NCBI RefSeq assembly: GCF_964194155.1
Contig: NC_135880.1
Location: 91,388,001-91,452,000 of the forward strand
DNA from: Cetorhinus maximus
Lineage: Eukaryota
Reading direction: 5' to 3'
Length of the DNA: 64,000 bases
In this document: one piece after another, positions 47,636-58,690 of the stretch
Layout: each line of letters begins with the position of its first letter
Numbering within the stretch: position 1 is the stretch's first letter
Program-made: the position numbers and the translations under genes
Notes under the pieces: generated by a model
Seen by the model: only the letters and a program-made list of their open reading frames with translations
Databases searched by the model: none
Told to the model about the DNA's origin: nothing

Positions 47636-50165
47636 ATCACTGTGGCAGGTAGTGAGTGAACCAACAAGAGGGAAAAGCACACTTGACCTCAACCTCATCA
47701 ACCTGCCTGCCACAGATGCAACTGTCCATGACAGTATTGGTAGGAGTGATCACCTCACAGTCGTGGAGACAAAATCCCACCTTCACATTGAAGATACCCT
47801 CCATCGTGTTGTGTGGCACCACCACCGTGCTAAATGGGATAGATTTTGAACACCTCTAACAGCTCAAGACTGGGCATCCATGAGGTGCTGTGGGCCATCA
47901 GCAGCAGCAGAATTGTACTCGAACACAATCTCATGGCCCGGCATATCTCCCACTCTACCATTACCATCAAGCCAGGGGATCAACACTAGTTCAATTAAGA
48001 GTGCAGGGAGCAGGAGTAGCACCAGGCATACTTAAAAATTATGTGTCAACCTGGTGAAGCTATAACAAAGGACTACTTGCATGCCAAACAGCATAAGCAG
48101 CAAGTGATAGCCAGAGCTTAGCGATCCCACAACCAATGGGTCAGACCCAAGATCACCAGTCCTGCCACATCCAGTCATGAATGGTGATGGACAATTAAAC
48201 AACTCACTGAAGGAGGAGGCTCCACAAACATTCCCACCCTCAATGATGGGGGAGCCCAGCAGTGCAAAAGATAAGGCTGAAGCATTTGCTACAATCTTCA
48301 GCCTTAAGTGCCGAGCGGATGATCCTTCTCAGCCTCCTCCATAAGTCCCCAACATCACAGATGCCAGTCTTCAGCCAATGTGATTCCATGTGATATCAAG
48401 AAACGGCTGAAGGCACTGGATACTGCAAAAGCTATGGGTCCTGACAATATTCCAGCAATAATACTGAAGACTTGTGCTCCAGAACTTGCCACGCCCCTAG
48501 TCAAGCTGTTCCAGTGCAGCTACAATGCTGGCATCTATCCGGCTATGTGGAAAATTGCCCAGGTATGTCCTGCACACAAAAAGCAGGACAAATCCAACCT
48601 GGCCAATTACTGCCCCATCAGTCTACCCTCGATCATCAGCAAGTGATGCAAGCAGTCATCAACAGTGCTATCAGGCAGCACTTGCTTAGCAATAACCTGC
48701 TCACTGATGCCCAGCTTGGGTCCTGCCAGGGCCACTCAGCTCCTGACCTCATTACAGCCTTGGTTCAAACATGGACAAAAGAGCCGAACTCCCGAGGTGA
48801 GGTGAGAGTGGCTGCCCTTGACATCAAGGCTGCATTTGACCGAGTGTGGCATCAAGGAGCCCTAGCAAAACTGGAGTCAATGGGTTAAAAGCAAAATACT
48901 GCAGATGCTGGAAATCTGAAACAAAAACAGAAAATGCTGAAAAAACTCAGCAGGTTTAACAGCATCTGTAGAGAGAGAAAAACCAGAGTTAACATTTCGA
49001 CTCGGTATGACTCTTCTATAGCTGCTGTTAGACCTGCTGAGTTTTTCCAGCATTTTCTGTTTTTGTTGGAGTCAATAGGAATCAGGGAGAAAACACTCCA
49101 CTGGTTACACTCATACCTAGCAAAAAGGAAGTTGGTTGTGGTTGTTGGAGGTCAGTCAGCTCAGCTCCAAGACATCGCTGCAGGAGTTCCTCAGGGTAGT
49201 GTCCTCGGCCCAACATTTTCGGCTACTTCATCAATGACCTTCCTTCCATCATAAGGTCAGAGTTCGCTGATGATTTTACAATGTTCAGCACCATTCGTGG
49301 CTTCTCAGATACTGAGGCAGTCCATGTCCAAATGTAACAAGACCTGGACAATATCCAGGCTTGGACTGACAAGTGGCAAGTAACATTCACACCACACAAG
49401 TGCCAGGCAATGACCATTTCCAACAAGAGAGAATCTAACCGTCGCACCCCCCTCCTTGATGTTCTTTGGCATTACTATCACTGAGTCCCCCACTATCAAT
49501 ACCCTGGGGATTACCATTGACCAGAAGCAGAACTGGACTGGCCATATAAATACTGTAGCTACAAGAGCAGGTCAGAGGCTAGGAATCCTGCGACGTGTAA
49601 CTCACGTCCTGACTCCCCAAAGCCTGTTCACCATCTACAAAGCACAAGTCAGAACTGTGATGAAATACTCTCCACTTCCCTGGATGAATGCAGCTCCCAC
49701 AGCACTTGAGAAGCTTGACATTGTCCAGGACAAAGCAGCCCACTTGATTGGCACCACATCCACAAATGTTAACTCCCTCCATCACCAACGCACAATAGCA
49801 GCAGTGTGTACCATCTACAAGATACACTGCAGGAATTCATCAAGGCTCCTTCGACAGCACCTTCTAAACCCACGACCACTACCATCTAGAAGGACAAGGA
49901 CAGCAGGTAGATGGGAACACCACCACCTGGAAGTCCCCCTCCAAGTCATTCACCATCCTGACTTGAAAATATATCGCCGTTCCTTCACTGTCACTGGGTC
50001 AAAATCCTGAAACTCCCTTCCTAACAGCACTGTGGGTGTACCTATACCACATGGACTGCAGCGGTTCAAGAAGGCAGCTCACCACCACCTTCTCAGGGCA
50101 ACTAGGGATGGGCAATAAATACTGGCCCAGTCAGCGAAGCCCACACCCCAAGAATCAATAAATTT
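47636..50165 (+). mobile_element. 5'-truncated CR1-group (Zenon/Crack-like) LINE, decayed APE C-terminus plus RT
   Basis: PTRGKSTLDL...SDH (APE), KAMGPDNIP, ALDIKAAFDRVWH, GVPQGSVLGP, FADD; 3' end gggcaataaatactggcccag. Confidence 0.9.
48885..49066. mobile_element. Miniature fold-back PLE insertion (inverted pLTR ends) inside the LINE
   Basis: TSD tggagtcaat(g/a)gg at 48872-48884 and 49067-49079; inverted arms acaaaaacagaaaatgctg...cagca; hammerhead remnant between them. Confidence 0.88.
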
Positions 50166-50303
50166 TTAAAAATACTGTTCACGCCAGTCAAAATCCAAGT
50201 AAAAACAAAAAGCTAAAAGCTACTGCGGATGCTGGAAATCCAAAACAAAAACAGAATTACCTGGAAAAACTCAGTAGGTCTGGCAGCATCGGCGGAGAAG
50301 AAA

Positions 50304-50346
50304 TCAGTTAACGTTTCGAGCCTTCATGGCCCTTCGGCAGAACTGA
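50304..50346 (-). ncRNA. Minimal type I hammerhead ribozyme motif in PLE pLTR (A6C core)
   Basis: Minus strand: UCAGUU-CUGCCGA-A-GGGCC-AUGAA-GGCUC-GAAAC-GUU-AACUGA. Confidence 0.75.
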
Positions 50347-50751
50347 AGCATAGTTAGGAGAAGGGAGAAATATAAACTGGTTTAAGGTGGGGGGGGGGGG
50401 GGTGGCGGGGGGGGGGGGGGGGGGGGGGGGGTGGCGGGGGGGGCGGGGTGGGAGAGAGATGTTGAGGGTGTGGTGATCGTGGAGATGAGCAGATAATCAA
50501 AAGATGTCACAGACAAAAGGGTCAAAGAGGTGTTGAAGGTGGTGATATTTGTCTAAGAAAAGTGCTAATTAAGAATGGAAGACAGGATATTCAAAGTACA
50601 GCTCTAGTGGGGGTGGGGTGGACAGACTAACAAGGTTTTAGTTTTAGATTTAAAAATAATGGAAATAGGTGGGAAAAGAAGAATCTATATAAATTATTGA
50701 AAAAAAAGGGAGGGGGGGGAGAAACGGGGTGGGGATGGGGGGAGGGGGAGT

Positions 50752-53505
50752 TTAAGATCTAAAGTTGTTGAATTCAATATTCAGCCCGGAAGGCTGTAAA
50801 GTGCCTAGTCGGAAGATGAGGTGCTGTTCCTCCAGTTTGCGTTGGGCTTCACTGGAACAATGCAGCAGGCCAAGGACAGACATGTGGGCAAGAGAACAGG
50901 ATGGAGTGTTAAAATGGCAAGCGACAGGGAGGTTTGGGTCTTTCTTGAGGACAGACCGCAGGTGTTCCGCAAAACCGTCGCCCAGTTTGCGTTTGGTCTC
51001 TCCAATGTAGAGGAGACCGCATTGGGAGCAACGAATGCAGTAGACTAAGTTAGGGGAAATGCAAGTGAAATGCTGCTTCACTTGAAAGGAGTGTTTGGGC
51101 CCTTGGACGGTGAGGAGAGGGGAAGTGAAGGGGCAGGTGTTGCATCTTCTGCGTGGGCATGGGGAGGTGCCATAAGTGGGGGTTGAGGAGTAGGGGGTGA
51201 TGGAGGAGTGGACCAGGGTGTCCCGGAGGGAACGATCCCTACGGAATGCCGTCAGGGGGGGTGAAGGGAAGATGTGTTTGGTGGTGGCATCATGCTGGAG
51301 TTGGCGGAAATGGCGGAGGATGATCCTTTGAATGCGGAGGCTGGTGGGGTGATAGGTGAGGACAAGGGGGACCCTATCATGTTTCTGGGAAGGAGGAGAA
51401 GGCGTGAGGGAGGATGCGCGGGATATGGGCTGGACACAGTTGAGGGCCCTGTCAACGACCGTGGATGGAAAACCTCGGTTAAGGAAGAAGGAGGACATGT
51501 CAGAGGAGCTGTTTTTGAAGGTAGCGTCATCAGAACAGATGCGACGGAGGCGAAGGAACTGAGAGAATGGGATGGAGTCTTTACAAGAAGCGGGGTGTGA
51601 GGAGCTGTAGTCGAGGTAGCTGTGGGAGTCGGTAGGCTTGTAATGGATATTGGTGGACAGTCTATCATCAGAAATTGAGACAGAGAGGTCAAGGAAGGGA
51701 AGAGAAGTGTCAGAGATGGACCATGTGAAAATGATGGAGGGGTGGAGATTGGAAGCAAAATTAATAAATTTTTCCAGGTCCCGACGAGAGCATGAAGCAG
51801 CACCGAAATAATCATCGATGTACCAGAGAAAGAGTTGTGGGAGGGGGCCGGAGTAGGACTGGAACAAGGAATGTTCCACATACCCCATAAAGAGACAGGC
51901 ATAGCTGGGGCCCATGCGGGTACCCATAGCCACACCTTTTATTTGGAGGAAGTGAGAGGAGTTAAAGGAGAAATTGTTCAGTGTGAGAACAAGTTCAGCC
52001 AGACGGAGGAGAGTAGTGGTGGATGGGGATTGTTCGGGCCTCTGTTCAAGGAAGAAGCTAAGGGCCCTCAGACCATCCTGGTGGGGGATGGAGGTGTAGA
52101 GGGATTGGACGTCCATGGTGAAGAGGAAGCGGTTGGGGCCAGGGAACTGGAAATTGTTGATGTGACGTAAGGTGTCAGAGGAATCACGGATGTAGGTGGG
52201 AAGGGACTGGACAAGGGGAGAGAGAAGGGAGTCAAGATAACGAGAAATGAGTTCCATGGGGCAGGAACAGGCTGACACGATCGGTCTGCCAGGACAGTTC
52301 TGTTTGTGGATTTTGGGTAGGAGGTAGAAGCGGGCCGTCCGAGGTTGGGCGACTATCAAGTTGGAAGCTGTGGGAGGAAGATCTCCAGAGGAGATGAGGT
52401 CAGTGACAGTCCTGGAAACAATGGCTTGATGTTCTGTGGGGGGGTCATGGTCCAGGGAGAGGTAGGAGGAAGTGTCTGCGAGTTGACGCTCAGCCTCCGC
52501 GAGGTAGAGGTCAATGCGCCAGACAACAACAGTACCACCCTTGTCAGCGGGTTTGATGACAATGTTGGGGTTGGACCTGAGAGAACGGAGTGCAGTGAGT
52601 TCAGAGAGAGACAGATTAGAATGGGTGAGAGGAGCAGAGAAATTGAGACGGCTAATGTCACGCCGACAGTTCTCAATGAAAAGATCAAGAGAAGGTAAGA
52701 ATCCAGAGGGAGGGGTCCAAGTGGAGGGAGAATATTGGAGGTGGGTAAAAGGATCCGTTGAACGGGGAGAGGACTCCTGCCCAAAGAAGTGAGCACGGAG
52801 ATGAAGACGGCGGAAGAAGAGTTCAGCATCATGCCGAGCCCGAAATTCATTGAGATGAGGGTGTAAGGGTATGAAACTAAGTCCTTTGCTGAGCACTGAA
52901 CGTTCAGCATCGGAGAGGGGAAGGTCAGGGGGTATAGTGAATACGCGGCTGGGGCTGGGATTGGAAGATGGGGTGAGGACAGAGGGACAAGCAGGGGTGG
53001 AGGGTCCCAGATGGGTGTTGGTGTCGATGAGTTGTTGGAGCTTGCGTTCCTTAGCACTTGAGAGAAAGAGAAAAAGTTTCTTGTTGAGGCGACGGATGAG
53101 GCGAAGAATAAAATGAAACTGGGGGCACGTGCAGCTTTGAAAAAGGGTGCGGCGGTGCTGCTGGAGGGAGAGGTCGAGTGTGTTCATATGGCGGCACATG
53201 GCACTGAGTGTGGATCTCAGAATGTGACGGGAACAGCAGTCCGAGAAACGTTTTATGTCCCGAAGATACCTGTAATCCTGGGTGGGTTTGAAACAAGAGG
53301 GATGGAATTTCAGTTGAAATCCACGTGGGGTGAGTCGGAGACGGAGACAGTCACTGAGAAAGGAGATATGGCTGTGAAAGCGGGTTTTAGTAAACACCTT
53401 GTCAAACACCAGGAGAGAAATGGAAAGCAATGAAGGTGAGCAGGGCGGAAGAGACAGTCGGAAATCCTGTCGGAGGACAGAACCGTACTTCTTCAAAGAG
53501 GGCAT
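50752..53505 (-). CDS. PLE polyprotein: N-terminal domain, reverse transcriptase, Cys-rich linker, GIY-YIG endonuclease (917 aa from first ATG; Neptune-like)
   Basis: Uninterrupted ORF; LSKGLSF, IKPADKGG, YLLPKIHK, GRPIVS, MDVQSLYTSIPH, GVAMGTRMGP, YIDD, FLD, CPRRRCNTC linker, NLVYCIRCSQCGLLYIGET, EH...HF, GLN. Confidence 0.95.
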   Translation of the reverse strand: MPSLKKYGSVLRQDFRLSLPPCSPSLLSISLLVFDKVFTKTRFHSHISFLSDCLRLRLTPRGFQLKFHPSCFKPTQDYRYLRDIKRFSDCCSRHILRSTLSAMCRHMNTLDLSLQQHRRTLFQSCTCPQFHFILRLIRRLNKKLFLFLSSAKERKLQQLIDTNTHLGPSTPACPSVLTPSSNPSPSRVFTIPPDLPLSDAERSVLSKGLSFIPLHPHLNEFRARHDAELFFRRLHLRAHFFGQESSPRSTDPFTHLQYSPSTWTPPSGFLPSLDLFIENCRRDISRLNFSAPLTHSNLSLSELTALRSLRSNPNIVIKPADKGGTVVVWRIDLYLAEAERQLADTSSYLSLDHDPPTEHQAIVSRTVTDLISSGDLPPTASNLIVAQPRTARFYLLPKIHKQNCPGRPIVSACSCPMELISRYLDSLLSPLVQSLPTYIRDSSDTLRHINNFQFPGPNRFLFTMDVQSLYTSIPHQDGLRALSFFLEQRPEQSPSTTTLLRLAELVLTLNNFSFNSSHFLQIKGVAMGTRMGPSYACLFMGYVEHSLFQSYSGPLPQLFLWYIDDYFGAASCSRRDLEKFINFASNLHPSIIFTWSISDTSLPFLDLSVSISDDRLSTNIHYKPTDSHSYLDYSSSHPASCKDSIPFSQFLRLRRICSDDATFKNSSSDMSSFFLNRGFPSTVVDRALNCVQPISRASSLTPSPPSQKHDRVPLVLTYHPTSLRIQRIILRHFRQLQHDATTKHIFPSPPLTAFRRDRSLRDTLVHSSITPYSSTPTYGTSPCPRRRCNTCPFTSPLLTVQGPKHSFQVKQHFTCISPNLVYCIRCSQCGLLYIGETKRKLGDGFAEHLRSVLKKDPNLPVACHFNTPSCSLAHMSVLGLLHCSSEAQRKLEEQHLIFRLGTLQPSGLNIEFNNFRS

Positions 53506-54094
53506 TTCTTGAAGAGAGGTGGCAGTCAATTAAACACAGAGATAAAAACAAAAAGCTAAAAGCTACTGCGGATGCTAGAAATCCAAAACAAAAACAGAAT
53601 TACCTGGAAAAACTCAGCAGGTCTGGCAGCATCGGCAACATCCAAGTAATACTTTTTATCTGCTAATAGTTGGAGTGCTCACACATAAGTGGATCCTGCT
53701 CAGTTGGGACAGTTCTATTTACTGCTTATATTGCTATTGGAAGGTGAGATGGATGAGGGTTACTACTGCTCCACATATTTTAGAGAATGTTATAATCAGG
53801 ACCTCTGGTGCTCTACAATTCCACTGCCAGAATTTTTCTGTGGAGGTTAGCACACACTGCAGATGTTTTTCCCTGCTTTATTTTCTTTCCCCAATTCAGT
53901 TTCCAATTGTAATTGCATTTGAACCAATAACTGGCCTATTAATTCATGGCATTCTAAATCCAAATGTTTTTATGCGACATCAATCTTCTTATCCCCACTG
54001 ATGTGCAGCTGCTTAATTAATCCCCATGCATTTCACATCTTGTGCAATTCCCCTGCGCATGACGTTTTTCTACCTTAAAGGTGCTGCATAAAAC

Positions 54095-54785
54095 AAGTAT
54101 TTATATTGCCTTTTTAATGTGACAAAACATCCCTAAGCACTTCACAGGAACATTATAAAACAGATTTAAAGTGATTGGTAGAAGGATGAGAGGGGATATG
54201 AGGGAAAACTTTTTTATCCAGAGGGTGGTGGGTGTTTGGAATTCGCTGCCTGGTTTGGTGGTGGAGGCAGAAACCCTCAACTCATTTAAAAGGTACCTGG
54301 ATCTGCACCTGAAGTGCTGTAACCTGCAAGGCTACAGACTGGGTGCTGGAAAGTGATTAGAAAGGGCAGCTAGTTTTTTATTTTTTGGTCAACACAGACA
54401 CAATGGGTTGAATGGCCTCCTTCTGTGCTGTAACTTTTCTATAGTTCTATGGTTCTAAAATCTGACACCGAGTCACATAAGGAAATAATAGGGCAGATGG
54501 TCAAAAGCTTGGCCAAAGATGTAGGTTTTAAGGAGTGTCTTAAAGGGGGAAAGAGAGGTAAAGAGGTGGGGAGATTTATGGAGGGAATTTCAGAATTTAG
54601 GGCCAAGATGGCTGAAGGCATGGCAATTATGGTGTAGTGATTAAAATTGGGATGCTCAAGAGGTCAGAGTTAGAGGAGCACAGATATCTCTTATGGTTGT
54701 GGCTAGAAGGGGGTAAGGTCACAGAGGGATTTGAAACCAGGATGATAATTTTAAAATCGAGGCATTTCTTAACCAGGAGCCAATG
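54095..54785 (-). mobile_element. L2 3' fragment interrupted by a plus-strand CR1 3' end (~54164-54457)
   Basis: L2 tail atttatattgcctt...cacttcacagg resumes at aaatctgacaccgagtcacataagg; CR1 tail aatggcctccttctgtgctgt...ttctatagttctatggttcta. Confidence 0.8.
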
Positions 54786-54787
54786 TA

Positions 54788-55176
54788 CTCCTTCCAAAGT
54801 GTATCACCTCACACTTTACAGTGTTAACTTCCATCTGCCACTTATCTGCCCATTTGACCATCCCATCTATATCTTCCTGTAGCCCAAGACACTCAACCTC
54901 ACTGTTAACCACCCGGCCAATCTTTGTGTCATCCGTAAACTTACTAATCCTACCTCTCACATATTCATCTATGTCGTTTATATAAATGACAAATAATAGG
55001 GGGCCCAGCACAGGTCCCTGTGGTACGCCACTGGACACTGGCTTCCAGTCACTAAAGCAGCCTTCTGTCATCACCCTCTGTCGCCTACAACTAAGCCAAT
55101 TTTCAATCCACCTTATCAAATTACCCTGTATCCCATATGCATTTGCCTTCTTTATAAGTCTCCCATGTGGGACCTC
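54788..55176 (-). mobile_element. CR1 RT fragment
   Basis: VPHGRL...SGVPQGPVLGPLLFVIYINDID...SKFTDDTK. Confidence 0.88.
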
Positions 55177-55470
55177 ATTCATTGAGGCGATGGCATACGA
55201 GTATGAAACTGAGTCCTTTGCTGAGCACTGAACGTTCAGCATCAGAGAGGGGAAGGTTAGGGGATATGATGAATACACGGCAAGGGCTGGGATTAGAAGA
55301 TGGGATGGGGTCAGAGGGACGAGCAGGGGTGGAGGGTCCTGGATGGGCGTTGGTGTCGATGAGTTGTTGGAGCTTGCGTTCCTTAGCACCTGAAAGAAAG
55401 AGACAAAGTTTCTTATTAAGGCGTCGGATGAGCCGAAGAATAAAATGAAACTGGGGGCCAGGACAGCCTT
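55177..55470 (-). mobile_element. Internal PLE fragment (N-terminal domain)
   Basis: Diverged match to 52845-53135. Confidence 0.85.
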
Positions 55471-56329
55471 GAGTTTAATCTGCTTTGCAGTTTTTAACTG
55501 TGCTTTAATGGTTGGGATTCCCAGGCCTTGAGAAATCCAGCAGTTGAAGCAAGGTGAGGACAGCATTGGGAAGCTTCCTCCTGACCCCCATGTTCCCCAC
55601 CACCCTCCTCACAGTAAAGCACCGTGATTGAGACAGGCCTCAGTTCTAGGTTCAGATCCCCCCTCACCCGAGGATCTGACACCCTGCCTGGGGCGAGGAA
55701 ACGGACCGCCCCTCTCCAGGATCAGGGTTTGGACCTCCCTCCCTGGAGGATCAGGAATCGGACACTTGGGAATGGAGAGGTCATGAATTAGACCCGTCTG
55801 GGAATCATCCCCACTTTGGTATGTACCCCTTGCCCAGCTCCCCTCATCCACTGCTAGGGTAGACATTGGACATATCTGGCCCTGCTGCCTGTTCTCCAAT
55901 GTTTCCCACGTGACTGGAAGCCAAGCCTATCAACTGGGCTGTCTTCTTGTGGGAGCGGGGCTTGTAAGTGATATATGGCACATGTTGCGGAGTTAAAACT
56001 TCACAGCATGCAGGGAAACCCAGATTTCTAGCTTTGTCATTGCTACCAGCCTCATGGTGGTTCAAAGAGTTAAATGTCCCCCCACCTCTGAGTCAAGTTT
56101 AGCAAGTATAATGTGCAAGATTTGAAAAGTATGGGGACTGAAGAGCTCTAAATAAATCTGATTAGAAGATTCATGTCAGATGACATTGTTTGGTATCGGT
56201 TACTTACTGCTTAGCATTTAGCTACCACATGACAACTAGCTATCACACCCGCCGAGTGAAAAAGTAAGACAATTAGGATTTAATAATTAATGGGAAAAAA
56301 TTGATCATTTTCTCCAGTTTAACATTGAC

Positions 56330-57040
56330 AAAATAGAAGCAATCATGTTTGGTTCCTTAGACATTGATCCCATTTCTCCTTCCTGATTGCTTCTCAGGCT
56401 GAACCTGTTGGTGCACAAACTTGATGTCCTCAGTTCGACCATGAGCAGAGCTTAAAACTGCACTTTTGGTCTCTCATCAAGACAGCAGAACTTTGAACTT
56501 TATTTTCAAAACATCAGCGGCCTTCATCCTCTTTGCATATTCATCGTCACTGAAGTGCCCATCCATGTCTTCATCATTCCAGGACTTGATTTCCCTCACT
56601 GGCTTTCCAAATTCTGCCCTACTTAATCTTCATCTCATCTGGAACACTGATGCGCATTTTGTCCTGCACTAAATCCAGCTCACTTATCCTTGGATTTCCT
56701 CTCCCAATTATATTGTCTTAAAATCCCTGTCTCTAATTGCAAATCCTACAACAGTCTAGCTCCAACCTACATTTGCATTTCTCTTCATCCCTGTGTTCCA
56801 TTATGCATCCTCTGCTCTTCTGACTCTTCACCAATGCCTCCAGGCACCATCCTCTGCACATTGAAACTCTTCTTCCTAAACCTCCCCAGCTCAAAGCCTC
56901 CTCAAAACCTACCTCGCAACGATATATTCTGTCATCTCGCTATGTCCGCTCCCATTTTCTAATTTGTGTCTCCTGGTCTCCTGTAAAATTCCTTGGAATA
57001 TTCATCATATGAAAGGTTCTATATCAGTGTAAGTTATTGC
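56330..57040 (+). mobile_element. Old L2 LINE 3' fragment
   Basis: Pyrimidine-rich L2 sense sequence ending gaaaggttctatatcagtgtaagttattg. Confidence 0.6.
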
Positions 57041-57704
57041 TCCACCTCTAGCTTTACGAATTAATGGAGATTAAGTAATAGTTTGGGGTTACCATGATGT
57101 CTTTGGATTTCTGCAATCTATATTTGAATCCAGCTCAGATTGGTGAGATAAAAATCTATGTTTGTCCAATGAGGAAAGAGCTTGGTCACTTGGAAGCTGA
57201 TTTCTAGTGGGTACAACCCTACAATACAAGCTGGTCACAATTCAAGACAAATTGACATTGAAATGCCAATCTTAACCAGAAAAATCATAAAATATGAGTG
57301 ATACGGAAAATCAAAAAGTTCGCATGGGTAAAGCAGAGGTGATTTCCTATGATTGGGTCAAAGTATTATTGGGACAAAGTAAAGTCAGCTTTATTCTGCA
57401 ATCACTTGCATTAAAGTGTAACTGGACTTGTTGAATGCTGATACCTGGAACAAAAAATATCGAAATGGAAAGTTTAGGTAAGAAAAGAATATCTGGTTTA
57501 TTGTGCCATGTGGCATGTCACTGAGTTGAGATAGCACTGGTGGGGCAATATGCATTTTCAATTCAATATATGGTTGGAGCTATACAGATGCAGGATTCAA
57601 ATATGATTTACACTGCATTGCTTCAAATCAATTTGCATCAAAGCCTGTAAAAGTAGCCTCAAGATGTGCAAGGTCTTCCTCAAAATTGAAATTTGAATAA
57701 GACT

Positions 57705-58690
57705 TTCATATACTCACAGACGTCTACAGCACAGAAGAAGGCCATTCGGCCCATCGTGTCCATGCTGGTAAACAAAGATCTGACTACACCAATCCCATTT
57801 TCCATTGCTTGGCCATAGCCCTGGAGGCTAGGGCAATGCAAGTGAATGTCTAAATACTTCTTAAATGTTACGAAAGTTTCTGACTCAACTATCCTTTCAG
57901 CCAGTGAGTTCCAGACTCCCTCCACCCTCTGGGTGAAAAAATTTCTCCTCAACTCTCCTCTTAGCCTTCTACCTCTTTCCTTAAAGCTATGGCCCCTGGC
58001 TATTGACCTCTTTACTTCCTATCCACCCTATCTATGCCCCTCATAATCTTATACACCTCCATCAGGTTCCCTCTCAATCTTTGTGGCGCCAAGGAAAACA
58101 ACCACAGCCTACCCAATCTTTCCTCATAGCGCAGACCCTCCAGCCCAGGCAGTATCCTGGTAAATCTCCTCTGCACCCTCTCCAGTGCAATCACATCCTT
58201 CCTATAATGTGGTGACCAGAACTGCACGCAGTACTCCAGTTGTGGCCTAACCAGCGTTTTATGCAGTTCCAGCATAACCTCCCTGCTCTTGTATTCTATG
58301 CCTCTGCTAATAAAGGCAAGCATCCCATATGCCTTCTTAACCACCTTATCTACCTGCCCTGCTACCTTCAGGGATCTATGGATATGCACACCAAGGCCCC
58401 TCTGATCTTCAGTACTTTCCAGGGTCCTACCAGTCATAGTGCAATCCCTTGCTTTGTTAGCTCTCCCCAAGTGCATTACCTCACACTTTTACGGGTTGAA
58501 TTCCATTTGCCACTGCTCTGTCCACCTGACCAGTCCATTGATATTCTCCTGCAGTTTACGGCTATCCTCCTCACCATTTACCAACCTACCAACATTCGTA
58601 TCATCCGCGAACTTCTTGACCATACCCCCTACATTTAAGTCCAAATCATTTATGTACACCACAAACAGCAAGGGCCCCAGCACTGAGCAA
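57705..58690 (-). mobile_element. CR1 (HER1-like) LINE 3' ~1 kb
   Basis: LGPLLFVVYINDLD, FADDT, LVRPQLEYCVQFWSP, RRNFFTQRV; 3' gaaggccattcggcccatcg. Confidence 0.92.

Larger units (their letters stand above)
50203..53635 (-). mobile_element. Full-length Penelope-like retroelement with partial-tandem pLTR
   Basis: Direct terminal repeat 50200-50293 / 53543-53636; TSD caa(a/c)atccaagtaa at 50189-50202 and 53636-53649; intact ORF. Confidence 0.97.

Noticed and set aside
51252-53433. Overlapping alternative-frame and antisense ORFs in the PLE
   Set aside because: Expected from the pyrimidine-skewed, stop-poor composition; conservation between copies reflects recent duplication only.
54769-55566. 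265-aa ORF as a novel RT fusion protein
   Set aside because: Chance read-through of an out-of-frame PLE fragment into a CR1 RT fragment.
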